This document shows positions 31,958 through 48,657 of a stretch of DNA of 64,000 nucleotides, one piece after another. The stretch is from Eledone cirrhosa (Eukaryota). The notes below the pieces were generated by a model that saw only the letters and a program-made list of their open reading frames with translations, had not been told where the DNA came from and searched no databases. Numbering within the stretch: the first letter of the stretch is position 1; each line of letters begins with the position of its first letter. Location: NCBI GenBank assembly GCA_964016885.1, contig OZ024745.1, positions 58,838,001 to 58,902,000 of the forward strand, written 5' to 3'. The position numbers and the translations under genes were made by a program.

Positions 31958-32401
31958 TTTTAGAAACAGATATAATAGACGCTGGCATTGTCCTGCTGTG
32001 TTTCAAACTGTTGACTTCGCAAACTTGTTCCAACCCCCCCCCCCCTCCCTCCCCACGCCACCATTCGACCCCCAGACCCCGATATATAACATATTAGTGT
32101 CTTCTACTATAGCCTTGGACTGACCAATGCCGTGTTAACGAAATATAGTAGACATAAACTGTGTGGAAGCCCATCGTGTGTATATGTGTGTGTGGGGGGG
32201 GGGTACGTTTGCTGTTATTTGTTTATTTTCCGTAAATTACCACTTGACCAGAAAGCGATCAATGAAGTAAGTTCCAAAATTGAAAAGAAATAGGTACTGG
32301 GGTCGATATGATCGATTAGATTCAAGGTGCTACCCCAGCATGGCCGCTGTCGAGTGAATGAAACCTACGAATAGAATATATATACATTAAAGCATTGCAT
32401 T

Positions 32402-32542
<141 letters not shown>

Positions 32543-32754
32543 GTGTCACGGTTCCTTAGTGTCTAGGCAGTATCTGGGAGATATGGAGTTCAATAACAGT
32601 CGATGGCAACATTTTTTTCCATCTTTTAAGCATCTTCACTTTATTTTATAAGCTATTTTATAGCATCTATGAGCTTGAGCACAACACATCCTTTTATACT
32701 TATAGATTCTCAGCGCTTAAGAATCCGAAAATTCGTACATTGTGTATATATGTG

Positions 32755-32795
<41 letters not shown>

Positions 32796-32799
32796 TGTA

Positions 32800-32875
<76 letters not shown>

Positions 32876-32964
32876 TTAGTTAAGCAAAACAAGCCACAAA
32901 TTTCACAAGGAAGACATTATTAAAAGATTGTCAACATATTTTAGTTTGATGTAAGGAATGTAGA

Positions 32965-32995
<31 letters not shown>

Positions 32996-33373
32996 TGTTT
33001 CTACTTTAGGCACATAATAATTGTTTCTACTTTAGGTACAAGGCCAGCAAATACCCAATGCATTACTGGTACTTTATTTTATCGACCCCGTAAGGATGAA
33101 AGGCAAAGTCAACCTCGGCGGGATTTGAACTCAGATCGTAAAGGGACGTAACTATGTTGGAAAGCATGGCGTCCAACCCTCTACCGATACTGCCAATCCA
33201 CCGAATAATAATGTCCGTTTACAATTGTTTCGCTACTCCATATAAGAGCACATTTAGCACATGCCTTTACGCTTTGGCTTCTAACTAATTCACTAATCTC
33301 TCTTCTCCTTTCCTATCTCCTCTCCTATCTCCATCTCCCTCTTTAAGATTGGTTACTCTTGAACTGTGTATAT

Positions 33374-33507
<134 letters not shown>

Positions 33508-34264
33508 ATAATTGTTTCTACTTTAGGCACAAGGCCAGCAATTACCCAGTGCATTACTGGTACTTTATTTTATCGACCCCGTAAGGATGAAAGGCAAAGT
33601 CAACCTTGGCGGGATTTGAACTCAGATCGTAAAGGGACGAGTACGTGTGACATGAACAGGCCATGGAAAACACAAAAGTCCCTATATCGGCAGTCCGCAG
33701 AAGATCACCATGAATTCGGTGAATTAAGAGCAAAATCGTTCACCCTAGTGTACCAAAGATTGTAACACAGCAAGACGAATTGACACATGGTGTAAATTAC
33801 GACACAGTTAGAGTAAGTAGAAACGCTGGGTTCTCCAACTACAAATAAAATGGAATAATAAAAATATAAAACATGTGTGCAACAATTTAGCCAGGAGGAA
33901 ATGCAGAGGAAAATAATATAAAGCAACACGGACAACGTGCTATGATCAGCCTTTTGGGAAAGAGTGGCGTGGAGGTAACGTGAAATTTAAGAAGAAACGA
34001 GGGAGACAAATGGATTGAAAGAGAGAACAAGGAGACAGAGAAAGAAAGAAGTCGTAGGTGATATATATACATATAGAAAACAATGGCACTCCGTCGGTTA
34101 CGACGACGAGTGTTCCAGCTGATCCGATCAACAGAACAGCCTGCTCGTGAACACAATGTGCCGCCGGTAAACGAACTCACGACCTTACGATTGTGAGCCG
34201 AATATCCTAATATATATATACACACTGTTCGTACTGCACTCTTTGTTATTATTTTTGTTTTTTA

Positions 34265-34320
<56 letters not shown>

Positions 34321-34369
34321 CATACACACACATATATATATATATATATATACAAACATATATATATAT

Positions 34370-34630
34370 CTAAGGCGGGTAAAATTCCCGAGATCCATGG
34401 ACGAGTTCTCTCCAACGGTCATTGTCCCTCATTATCGCTGCCATGTCCTGCGTCTCCAACAGACCAGTGTCTGTCCTTAGGGCATCAACATACGTTAACC
34501 TTGGTCTTCCTCTTATAGTGTGTCCATGTAGGGGCTCCCAAAGGAGCACTGAGTGCAATGTCAACTCTCGATGTCGGTGAGCATGTCCAGCTAACCTCAG
34601 TCTCCTCTGTGTCACTTTTGAGCTGACTTT
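34370..34630 (-). pseudogene. RTE-type LINE ORF C-terminal fragment inserted in (TA)n
   Basis: RRLRLAGHAHRH..VLLWEPLHGHTIRGRPRLTYVDALRTDTG; the same family occurs at about 49540-49810 (+). Confidence 0.85.
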
Positions 34631-34639
34631 TGTATATGT

Positions 34640-34673
<34 letters not shown>

Positions 34674-34768
34674 ACATATATATACACGCATACACATATA
34701 TAGACATATATATACAGAGAAAGAGAGAGAGAGAGAGTTATTCCAACAACAAATTAGCAAACCATACT

Positions 34769-34882
34769 TGCGAACACGTGTTTCACCCACAGGATTCTTC
34801 AACTCATATATGGCTATAGTGAGAACCGATTTGTGTAACTATACACGAGTTGAAGAATCTTCCGTGTGAAACATGTGTTCTC
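34769..34882. ncRNA. Divergent pair of hammerhead-like folds with UUGAAGA core, family E
   Basis: Minus 34769-34806: tgag-TTGAAGA-atcc tgt gggt-GAAA-cacgtg-TT-cgca. Plus 34847-34882: gag-TTGAAGA-atcttccgtgt-GAAA-catgtg-TT-ctc. The pair is mirrored at 37381-37494. Confidence 0.6.
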
Positions 34883-35135
34883 AAGAATAGTTTGTTAAAT
34901 TGTTGTGGAACTAACTCGCTATCGAACTCGTCCTTTGGACTGAGTGTTCTACCAACTTCGGATATAACCTCCCACTTTTTTTTCTGGGCTTTTTTTCTAC
35001 TACTACCCGTCACTCATAATCACCTACACTTACCTGGGATAAACTACTGACCTGAAGTGCTTTTGGATCACTACGATCGGCTTATCCTCAAGAAGTTACG
35101 ACGTAACAACTACTTTTAAACAACATTCTTCTGTA

Positions 35136-35245
<110 letters not shown>

Positions 35246-35354
35246 GAAAAGAGTCAGGACCCCGACGACTGAGCTCCGGCCGTTTCGACAGCTACATCCG
35301 AACTGATCTGGTGTGTTATGGTCCACCTGGTTCCTTACCACACTTTCTTTGTTA

Positions 35355-35392
<38 letters not shown>

Positions 35393-35671
35393 AGTTGAAA
35401 AGGAGGTTAAGTTCCAAACAAATCAAAGGTTATAGATAAAAATGAAAAATGAAAAAGTACAGAGTTATATTTAAAGATTTTTTTTTCTTTAATCCGACAG
35501 AATGAATATTTTATATAATTCTTCATTAAATGGATTTAAGTTTCGTCAAACTTAAATCAATTAATGTAACAATTATAAAGATGTTCTTTCTATCGATTTA
35601 AAGATAAAATAATTGTTATATATTCCCTTCTACTTTTTCACTTTCACTTTTTACCCATAATTATACATATA

Positions 35672-36460
35672 CTAGCTGGCCCATCCGGCTGGCACCCGGC
35701 TACCATTGGCGCCCGGCTACCATTGGCGCGTTCTACGGCATCCAGATATATATATTTATAGCTGACGTATCTAGCTTCACTTGGATAAACAGACGATAAG
35801 CCGTCTATGTTGTGTAGTATTACTGTTGAAAATATATAGTATAGTGTAGTATAGTATTACTGTTGAAAATATATAGTATAGTGTAGTATAGTATTACTGT
35901 TGAAAATATATAGTATAGTGTAGTATAGTATTACTGTTGAAAATATATAGTATAGTATTACTGTTGAAAATATATAGTATAGTACAGTATTACTGTTGAA
36001 AATATATAGTATAGTACAGTATTACTGTTGAAAATATATAGTATAGTATTACTGTTGAAAATATATAGTAAAGTATTAATATTAAAAATATATAGTATAG
36101 TATTACTGTTGAAAATATATAGTAAAGTATTGAAAATATATAATATAGTATTACTGTCGAAAAAATATAGTATAGTATAGTATTAATGTTGAAAATATAT
36201 AGTACAGTACAGTATTAGTGTTGAAAATATATAGTGTATTACAGTATTACTGTTGAAAATATATAGTACAGTATTACTGTTGAAAATATGTACACGAAGA
36301 TATAATTATATATATATAATTAATTAAAAGTTGGTTAGAAGCGAAGTCAATGCAAACAGGCAGACATACAAAGAGATATTTTAAGCGCGCGGCGTTATAG
36401 CTATGTATCTATCTAAAAAGACAGAGTAAGAAAGAGAGAGGAATGTCGTATTATATATAT
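35672..36460 (-). mobile_element. Short Helitron-like element with internal minisatellite
   Basis: 3' end gccgggtgccagccggatgggccagCTAGt; 5' end atatatataatacgac; 25-35-bp tagtattactgttgaaaatata array at 35815-36290. Confidence 0.55.
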
Positions 36461-36462
36461 TG

Positions 36463-39215
<2,753 letters not shown>

Positions 39216-39310
39216 TATATAATAAAGTACCAGTAATGTAGTCAGCTTTATTAATATAGATATATATATAATAAGAGGTTAATGGGACTAGCATAAGGTT
39301 TCCCTGATAG

Positions 39311-39400
<90 letters not shown>

Positions 39401-39403
<3 letters not shown>

Positions 39404-40595
39404 ACTAGAAATTGATTAACATGTAAATAAACATATGAAACAATCACAGGGGATAATTTTTACAAGTGTGTAAGCACACACAGCTAGGTAAGTAACTAAA
39501 TAAAGTTAACTAGAACTTCAAAAATAGATACCTTATAATATGATTAATCTTCCCTGTATATATTCCATTAAAGAAATATATTTCACCAATTAATCGAATG
39601 GAAAACCACGGATGCCGAAGCTTGGATTTTCAACAAGGAAGAAGTTCAGCTGCCTGTGTTTACGCATTAAGTTCAAATCAGCGACTGGCCAGTAACACGT
39701 GCTGTATCTACTAAAAATACACACATTATACCAGCTTCGTCTCAGTGGCGTGAATAGGGTTATCGACAACTAGAAACAGCAGACAAGTCCTTTCAACAGA
39801 GTTAGCTCTACAATTAAGGAGCCGTATTTATATATCTATATCCAAAATTAAGATAAATCAAAATGAATTTAATCTAAATCAAACTTATGGGTGTCATGCC
39901 ACAAGGCATGCGCCATATCACCCGTAAAATAAGCTCCAAGATTCTAATGAATAGGTCCGAGCATTTTATAATAACTAGAAATTGATTAACATATAAATAA
40001 ACATATGAAACAATCACAGGGGATAATTTTTACAAGTGTGTAAGCACACATAGCTAGGTAGGTAACTAAATAAAGTTAACTAGAACTTCAAAAATAGATA
40101 CCTTATAATATGATTAATCTTCCCTGTATATATTCCATTAAAGAAATATATTTCACCAATTAATCAAATGGAAAACCACAGATGCCGAAGCTTGGATTTT
40201 CAACAGGGAAGAAGTTCAGCTGTCTGTGTGTACGCATTAAGTTCAAATCAGCGACTGGCCAGTAACACGTGCTGTATCTACTAAAAATACACACATTATT
40301 TCTTTAATGGAATATATACAGGGAAGATTAATCATATCATAAGGTATCTATTTTTGAAGTTCTAGTTAACTTTATTTAGTTACCTACCTAGCTATGTGTG
40401 CTTACACACTTGTAAAAATGATCCCCTGTGATTGTTTCATATGTTAATCAATTTCTAGTTATTATAAAATGCTCGGACCTATTCATTAGGATCTTGGAGT
40501 TTATTTTACGGGTGATATGGCGCATGCCTTGTGGCATGACACCCATAAGTTTGATTTAGATTAAATTCATTTTGATTTATCTTAATTTTGGATAT
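39401..40595. repeat. Partial tandem repeat (570-bp period) plus inverted copy, in (TA)n
   Basis: 39401-39729 recurs at 39971-40299, and 39837-40147 is inverted at 40298-40595. Confidence 0.85.
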
Positions 40596-40898
40596 ATATA
40601 TATATATATATATGTATATAGGCATTTCTAACTTTAATTTTATACCTAATTGTGTATGGTTGACCGTATATTTAATTAATTTCCACGTGCTGTTGAAATG
40701 TTGGGTAAATATTCTATAGCGGTTGGCCGCGAAGACGCTGCTATCGTTTATTTATTTACTGTTTCTTCATAGGTGCCTTTTAATCTTATAGCCTGGTCTA
40801 ATTGATTTTGTGTGTGGTTAATTATGGTAATTGGGAGAAGAAATGATGTATATATATTATCAAATGATTCTATGGACATGCTTTTGTTCTACTTTATA

Positions 40899-40971
<73 letters not shown>

Positions 40972-41337
40972 GACAGGGGGGAAGAAAAAATGGCTTCACT
41001 TGTGCTTTCAACAAATTTATTTTCTTCACAAAATCCAAAAAGAATTTTTCTTAAAAAAATTATTTTATAAATTAAGTTGTTGGTTGTTGGTTAGGTCTTA
41101 AGAGTTCTTGGTTAACGTAGGAGGTATTGTTTCGTTTTTAGAAAGACCTTTCACGCTGAGGTGCGCTTGTCAAACTGATGTGTAGGTGGTGTGTTGTTCT
41201 ATATATAGGGATTTAACATGTCTGTGGTGTGGTGGGAGTTTCTTTTCTCCCCCTTTAATAAGTGCATGGGTGTAGGTGTGTTGAAAAAGTGTTCATAGCA
41301 GTAATATACCTAACTGTACCAAGGATTACACACATTT

Positions 41338-41392
<55 letters not shown>

Positions 41393-41515
41393 TTTTTCCC
41401 GGGTTCAATCGGGGGTAATCACAGTAAGTAAGGTACTCAATACATAGCAGAGTATAAATATCTAATGTAGAAATGGCTTCTGCAGGACTAGAACTGTTTC
41501 ATTCGGGAGAATCGG

Positions 41516-41566
41516 GACTTCCTGATGATTTCTCCCGAATGAAACAGTTCTAGTCCTGTAGAAGCC
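41516..41566 (+). ncRNA. Type I hammerhead ribozyme, family B
   Basis: gacttc-CTGATGA-t ttc tccc gaa t-GAAA-cag ttctagtc ctg-TA-gaagcc, within fold-back 41390-41581. Confidence 0.85.
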
Positions 41567-42586
41567 ATTTCCATATTAATATATACATATATATATATTG
41601 AAATGTGGACAGACAGAGGAAACCATGGACAAATCGCTGTATCATTGTGCTGAGAGTAAAACAAAATAAGAGAGGGGTTTAGATCGTAAAAGGGTGAGAG
41701 AGGTAGGTAAAAGATAAAATGAAAGATATAGAAAGAATGGAGTTTAATTATAATTGTTTCTACTATTGGCACAAGGCCAGAAATTACCCAGTACATTACT
41801 GGTACTTTATTTTATCGACCCCGTAAGGATGAAAGGCAAAGTCAACCTCGGCGGGATTTGAACTCAGATCGTAAAGGGACGTAACTATGCTGGAAAGCAT
41901 GGCGTCCGACCCTCTACCGATACTGCCAATCCACCGCCCTTAGTTTAATTATAATAGTGATGGTTCAGATGAGAAAGAAATAATGGTTGTTATGCTGGCA
42001 GAATTTTGAATGAGAAAAATCGGTAAAGGTTATGAAAGGATTCTCAGACAGAAGAATTTTAAGTGATTGTATGTAGCGCATGTGTCCGCCCCCCCCCCCC
42101 CCTCGCCCTCTCTGTCTCTGTCTCTCTCTCTCTGTGTCCCTCTCCCTCCCTCTCTCCCCCTCTCTCTCTCTTTATTAATCTATCTACCTTTGTGTGTCTC
42201 TGTGTGTCTGCGTGCGTCTGCGTGTGTGTCTGTGTATGTGCCTGTGTGTGTATGTGATTGTTAGCATACGTACTTAGTGGGTACCTATCTGTAGCCATAC
42301 TTATGATGTAATTTATCTATATTTTTCTCTACTTACCTTCGCTTGTTTCTGTTTTTAAATATAATATTTATATATGTCTGTTTGCATGTGTGTTGTGTAT
42401 ATATGTGTAAATATATATCTGTGTAAGTATGTATGCCTGTATGCATCTATATACTATTTACTACCTTACCAACACCCCTTTCAAAACATATTCTTAGTTT
42501 CCATGTAATTTAAGTAATATACAGTACCTCTAAGTTTAAATATCAAGGGGTCATTCCTTTGTAATTACAATTCACACTCATATATG

Positions 42587-42925
42587 TGAAGGTGCATGGT
42601 TTGTGGTTAGAGTGTTGGGCTTACAATCGGGAAGTTGTGAGTTCGATTCTCAGACCAGGTAATGGCTTTTGTCCTTGAGCAAGACACTTTATTTCACGTT
42701 GCTCCAGTTTACTCAGCTGAAGAAGTTGTGACGTCACTGATACCAAGCTGTATTGGCCATTGCCTTTCCCTTCGACATCGGTGGTATGGAGAGAGGAGAC
42801 TGGTATGCATAGGCGACTGCAAGGCAAGTCTTCCACAAACAACCTTGCCCAGACTTGTGCCACAGAGGGTAACTTTCTAGGTGCAAATCTCATGGTCATA
42901 CGTGAGCGAAGGGGAGGGGGTCTTA
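42587..42925 (+). mobile_element. Second tRNA-derived SINE family (CORE/V-like core)
   Basis: tggtttgtggttagag..gagttcgattc..gtccttgagcaagacactttatttcac. Related copies at 2823-2945(+), 940-1120(-), 23260-23430(-), 34135-34200(-), 43815-43920(-) and 47985-48122(-). Confidence 0.8.
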
Positions 42926-43147
42926 CTCTTCATATATATATATATATATATATATATAACGAAGGAAATGTGGTAAGGAACCAAGTGGACCATAACGCAC
43001 CAAAGTACTCAATACTTAGCGTAGTAGAGTGGGTAATAGGAACGAGTAGGACCCCCACGGCTGAGCTCAAGCCGTTTCGACGGCTAATTCTGGACCAGAA
43101 TTAGCCGTCGAAACGGCTTGAGCTCATCCGTCGGGGTCCTACTCGTT

Positions 43148-43184
<37 letters not shown>

Positions 43185-43191
<7 letters not shown>

Positions 43192-43304
43192 TTAGAAACA
43201 CACAGATACATGCGGACACACACATATATACATGAATGCATCCGCGGATGCATTCATGTATATATGTGTGTGTCCGCATGTATCTGTGTGTTTCTAAATA
43301 TATT
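43185..43304. repeat. 120-bp perfect palindrome without spacer
   Basis: Centred on atgcatccgcggatgcat (43244/43245), adjacent to (TA)n. Confidence 0.9.
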
Positions 43305-43728
43305 GTTAATAACTCCCTCTGGTCGAGCAATCTTTGAAGTGTGGGGACAGCTGGAAAGCTTCCATTACTCATACTTCTCGCCTTCTTCACCACCTCTTCT
43401 ACGGCCTCGATATAAATACCCCCTCCGCCTCCGTGGTATTTTCTTCGGGGTTATAAGAGGCTTAGCTCTGTTTCTCGACCGTTATATCGCGTGACTATCT
43501 CCCCCTCCGCCTTTTGGGATTCTTTCTCACGTCGTGTAGACGCGTTCTTGAGACTAGTAAAATGAGGTATCCTCTTGATAAGTCGGCAGACCTCGCAAGG
43601 ACTCTATATCTTTATGATATATTGTTTTTGTTTATGCCACGAAACTACGTAGTCGAGGAATTTAGGAGCAGTTTAGGTATGATACATTTTATTACTAATT
43701 ATATATAAATGTTTCTTCTCTCTTCATA

Positions 43729-43801
<73 letters not shown>

Positions 43802-44339
43802 CACTACATACAGTTTCCGTCTACCAAATTCCATTCGCAAATTATCGGTCAACTCGAGCCAATATCATGATGCATGCCCTAAGTGTCTCCCAATGAAATT
43901 GAACATGGAACCCCGTGTTTGCCATGTATGTATGTACGTACGTACGTGTGTGTGTATGTGTGAGTATGTATGTATTACGTATACATGTATGTTTTTCTTT
44001 GAGATTCCTTTAAGTTCTTTACTGAATTCAAGCAGTCCGCTAAGAAAGTGACAGACTTTTTTTGTCTGGGTGAATAATATTTACAAGTTTTGTACCAGCA
44101 GTCATTTTATGTATGAACAAACCTCTCTAGTACCTAGATGTCGGGTGGTTAGGAGGTTTGGGTACTCTTCATATATATCTGCATATATTTCATATTCTGT
44201 GTGCATATATAGATTTTCCCGCAACCTCAAATGAGAATCTTTAGAACATCTTACATAGTCTCACTATTCCGGTAATAGATATGATTTAGTAGATGTAGGT
44301 TAGTTTGGTTTGTTCTTTATTGTATATTTGTGTATATGT

Positions 44340-44990
44340 ATCTATTACAAGTTCAATTTCTGGAATGTGTTGAATGTTATTACGTCTCTATTAATTAATA
44401 GCTTGAAATTCCTTAAATAGCTGCGTTACTTCTGGTTTTGTGAGATCTAGCTTCTCATGATTAATGATAGGACAGCATTTCCAGTCTTCTATTCATATTT
44501 GTAGTTACATAACCCAGTGCACTTATGATAATAGGTATAAATGTGAATCTATAGTCAAGATACAGGAGCTATAAGTTCTACATTAGCTCAACACAGATGT
44601 TTTTTCTTTTTCTTCTTTTACTTCTTCAACCTCAGACGGTACATTCACATCCCCTGTGAGCTGACCTCTACAACAGAATATTACCTTTGTTCTTTTTCCT
44701 ACAGAACAATATCAGTTCTATTGTGTTTGCTCCGGGTTGCTGTTTTTATTCAATTAAGAAAATGGATTACTGCTCCATCAATATTCTATATTGTTAAAGT
44801 TGCGGATACATTCTGATTCGTGTGTGCTTTTGACATGACCGTAAGGTCAATCCGTCCTGCGGTTAGCATTGTAAATAGTTTTTTTTACAGCAGTGTTTTG
44901 TCTCATGACAAGATATTACCTTGCAGACATTTTGGGACAGCTGCTGACTATGGAAGTGAAATATTCCACACTGGTTTGACGCAATCAACA
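44340..44990 (-). pseudogene. Decayed non-LTR retrotransposon with restriction-like endonuclease domain (R4/Dong-like)
   Basis: Minus-strand translation SSCPKMSAR*YL, KHNRTDIVL*EKEQR*YSVVEVS, YRFTFIPIIISALGYV matches the CCHC / PD-(D/E)xK / P-hhh-GALG pattern. Confidence 0.7.
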
Positions 44991-45444
44991 TTTTCTATCA
45001 CAACCTGGTTGTGGCGGTTTGGGGGATGGGGCAGATTTCTTATCTCTGTTGCTGATCAGGTATTTAGTAGTTATTTCCTGTTACTGAATAATGAAGGCAG
45101 ATGGTTACTGGGGTCGCTTATAACGCTTACAATAAAATAATAGTTAACTTGACAACTTAAAACTGAGATTAAAATGATACTGCGACTGCTTTTTACATTT
45201 TCCATGTTCTTTTAGTTTTCATTTTATATTTCAAATATTAATTAAATAATTGTTTATACTTTAGACACAAGGCCAGCAATTACCCCGTGCATTACTGGTA
45301 CTTTATTTTATCGACCCCGTAAGGATGAAAGGCAAAGTCAACCTCGGCGGGATTTGAACTCAGATCGTAAAGGGACGTAACTATGCTGGAAAACATGGCG
45401 TCCGACCCTCTACCTATACTGCCAATCCACGCAGGTATATATAC

Positions 45445-45465
45445 TAAGGTGTGTATGTCAATACT

Positions 45466-45506
<41 letters not shown>

Positions 45507-46300
45507 TAATACTTGTGTTATATGTATATGTGTATGTTAATACTTGTGTATATGTATATGTTCATATTTGTGTATATGATGTATATGTCAATACTTGTGT
45601 GTATCTGTATGTTAATACTTGTGTATATGATGTATATGTTAATACTTGTGTATATGTATATGTCAATACTTGTGTCTATGTATATGTTAATACTTGTGTA
45701 TATGTGTATGTTAAAACTTGTGTATATGTGTATGTTAATACTTGTGTATATGTGTATATTAATACTTGTGTATATGTATATGTTAATACTTGTGTATATG
45801 ATGTATATGTTAATACTTGCATATATGATGTATATGTTAATACTTGTGTATACGTATATGTTAATACTTGTGTATATGGTGTGTATGTTAATACTTGTGT
45901 ATATGTATATGTTAATACTTGTGTATAAGTATATGTTAATACTTGTGTATATGGTGTGTATGTTAATACTTGTGTATATGTATATGTTAATACTTATGTA
46001 TACGGTGTATATGTTAATACTTGTGTATATGATGTATATGTTAATACTTGTGTATACGGTGTATATGTTAATACTTGTGTATATGATGTATATGTTAATA
46101 CTTGTGTATATGATGTATATGTTAATACTTGTGTATACGGTGTATATGTTAATACTTGTGTATATGATGTATATGTTAATACTTGTGTATATGATGTACG
46201 TTAATACTTGTGTATATGATGTATATGTTAATACTTGTGTATATGGTGTGGATGTTAATACTTGTGTATACAGTGTATATGTTAATACTTGTGTATATGA
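45445..46300. repeat. 24/27-bp minisatellite
   Basis: About 30 copies of tatgttaatacttgtgtata(tga)tgta. Confidence 0.95.
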
Positions 46301-46682
46301 GAGAGGAGTGTGGTTATATGTGTGAGAGATGGAGAGGAATGGCCATGAGGCGCCTGTATATGTATGAGCGAAATATAGAGAAATACGTGTGAGAGAAATG
46401 TGTGTTTGAGTGTGAGAGAGAGAGAAACAGACAGAAAGAAAGAGGGAGGACAAAGAGAGAGAGGGGGAAAGAGAGAGAGAACGAGAATCGAAAAATGAAA
46501 TGTATCTTTCAGAAAGAAAAGTGTGTGCATCGAGAGAGAGAGAGATGGAGAGAGAGAGAGAGAGCGCGTGTGTGTGTGCGCGTGTGCGCGCGTGTGTGTG
46601 TGTGTGTGCGTGTGTGTGTATGTGTGTGTGTGAGAGGGAGAGAGTGTGTGTGTGTGCGTGTATATGTGTGTGTGAGAGAGAA

Positions 46683-46734
<52 letters not shown>

Positions 46735-48341
46735 TGTGCGTGTGTGTGTGTGTGCGTGTTTGTGTATGTGTGTGTAATAGGAGAGAGAGCGGGAACTAAA
46801 GGGTGAATGATATAGACAGAGAGAGAGAGAGATAGGGAGAGTGAGTGAGAGAGAGAGAGAACAAGTAAATAAATGAAATAGAAAGATGGAAGAATTTTAC
46901 CGAATATGCTTTAAGCATGACAAGTATGATGTGTTTTTATCTTTTATTTTATTTTAATATGTTTTGGTAATTTTAAAACATTTATTCGAATGACTAAATA
47001 GTGACTTTCAACAAGCAACAATAAAAAAAGGCTAAATAGTATTATTTGAAGAAGGAATGGTATTCTGCAGACAAAAGTCAACATAAAAGATGAAGTAGAA
47101 ACCTCTTCAAGAAAATAAAAGAAATGATTGTAAAGTTTGTCCCTAGAATCATATTTCTAAAAGGATAAACATGGACAAGATTTCAGTGAAGGAGATATTA
47201 ACGCTATGGAAAGATTATACAACAGAAAATTGTAAAAACAGAATATATAAATTTCACGAAGCATGTCTATCAATTCTGTATGTGAAGGAGCCAAACATAT
47301 TTTTTTTTAAATGGTGTACGTTAGGCAGTTTCTGAAGTAGTTCAGATATTTCTATTAAACTATTGAAAACAGCTGATGAAGGTACCTTTAAATTATTTAC
47401 AAAACTTTGTCAAAGTATTTCGAAGACAAAGTATGTTTGACTTAATCTATTACCTGCATAAAGCCACCACATGCTCATTGGGTAGCTTTAGTAAAATTAA
47501 TTCCGTTCTAATCCTTCAGACCATGTCTCCGGTCGGAAGAGGCTTTCCTTTCTCGCCTCTATCATGCCCTCACACCATTCTTAAAGTTTTTGAAAAGGGA
47601 TATGGTCACTGCTCTACACTCTCTGACTAAGCAGTAATATATATATATATAAGGGCAGTGGATTGGCAGTATCGGTAGAGAGTCGGACGCCATGCTTTGA
47701 CGCATAGAGTTACGGCCCTTTCCATTCTGAGTTCAAATCCCGCCGAGGTTAACTTTGCCTTTCATCCTCCCGGGGTCGATAAAATAAAGTACCAGTCACG
47801 CACTGGGGTCGATTTAATCGACTTTCCTCTCCCCCAAAATCACTGGCCTTGTGCCTATATAAGAAACCAATATATATATATATATATATAAATAAAGATA
47901 AATAGTCTAAATACTGGAAGAGATCTGTACATATCTCCATTCTAAAGAAAGCGGATTTGCAAGAAATATCATGGGTGAGGTAATCAGGAACTCATTTCTA
48001 CAGTTGAGTGAACTGGGAAAGTGTTTTGCCCAAGAACGCAGCACAGAGCCCGGTCCGAGAATCGAACTCAAACTTCACAATTTTAAACTTGATGCTCTAA
48101 CAACTAAGCCATGCGCCTTCACTAAATATATATATATACCTGTGTGTGTGTATATATATATATATACACACGTACGGCAACACTCATCTTTTTCCATTTC
48201 TCCGAGGGTTATAAACCCCACTATCAGGCTAGAAATTTCTTTAGTCTAAAATACGGTGAAAGCTTATAATTTCTAATTTCTAATTTCAAACTCGCGCACC
48301 GTTTCAAAAACATACTTACATGTTTACGTTTATAATTTGCT

Positions 48342-48475
<134 letters not shown>

Positions 48476-48530
48476 AATCCCTAGTTGTCGAAACGGCCGG
48501 AGCTCAGCCGCCAGGGTCCTGACTCTTTTC

Positions 48531-48657
<127 letters not shown>

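Noticed and set aside
29868-32033. 721-aa His/Thr/Pro-rich ORF
   Set aside because: Translation of a (CAC)n-type repeat that switches phase arbitrarily; several frames are open and there is no domain.
45383-46453. Repetitive ORFs (VNTCVY repeats) and CRISPR-like periodicity
   Set aside because: A 24/27-bp tandem minisatellite with no unique spacers, in eukaryotic context.
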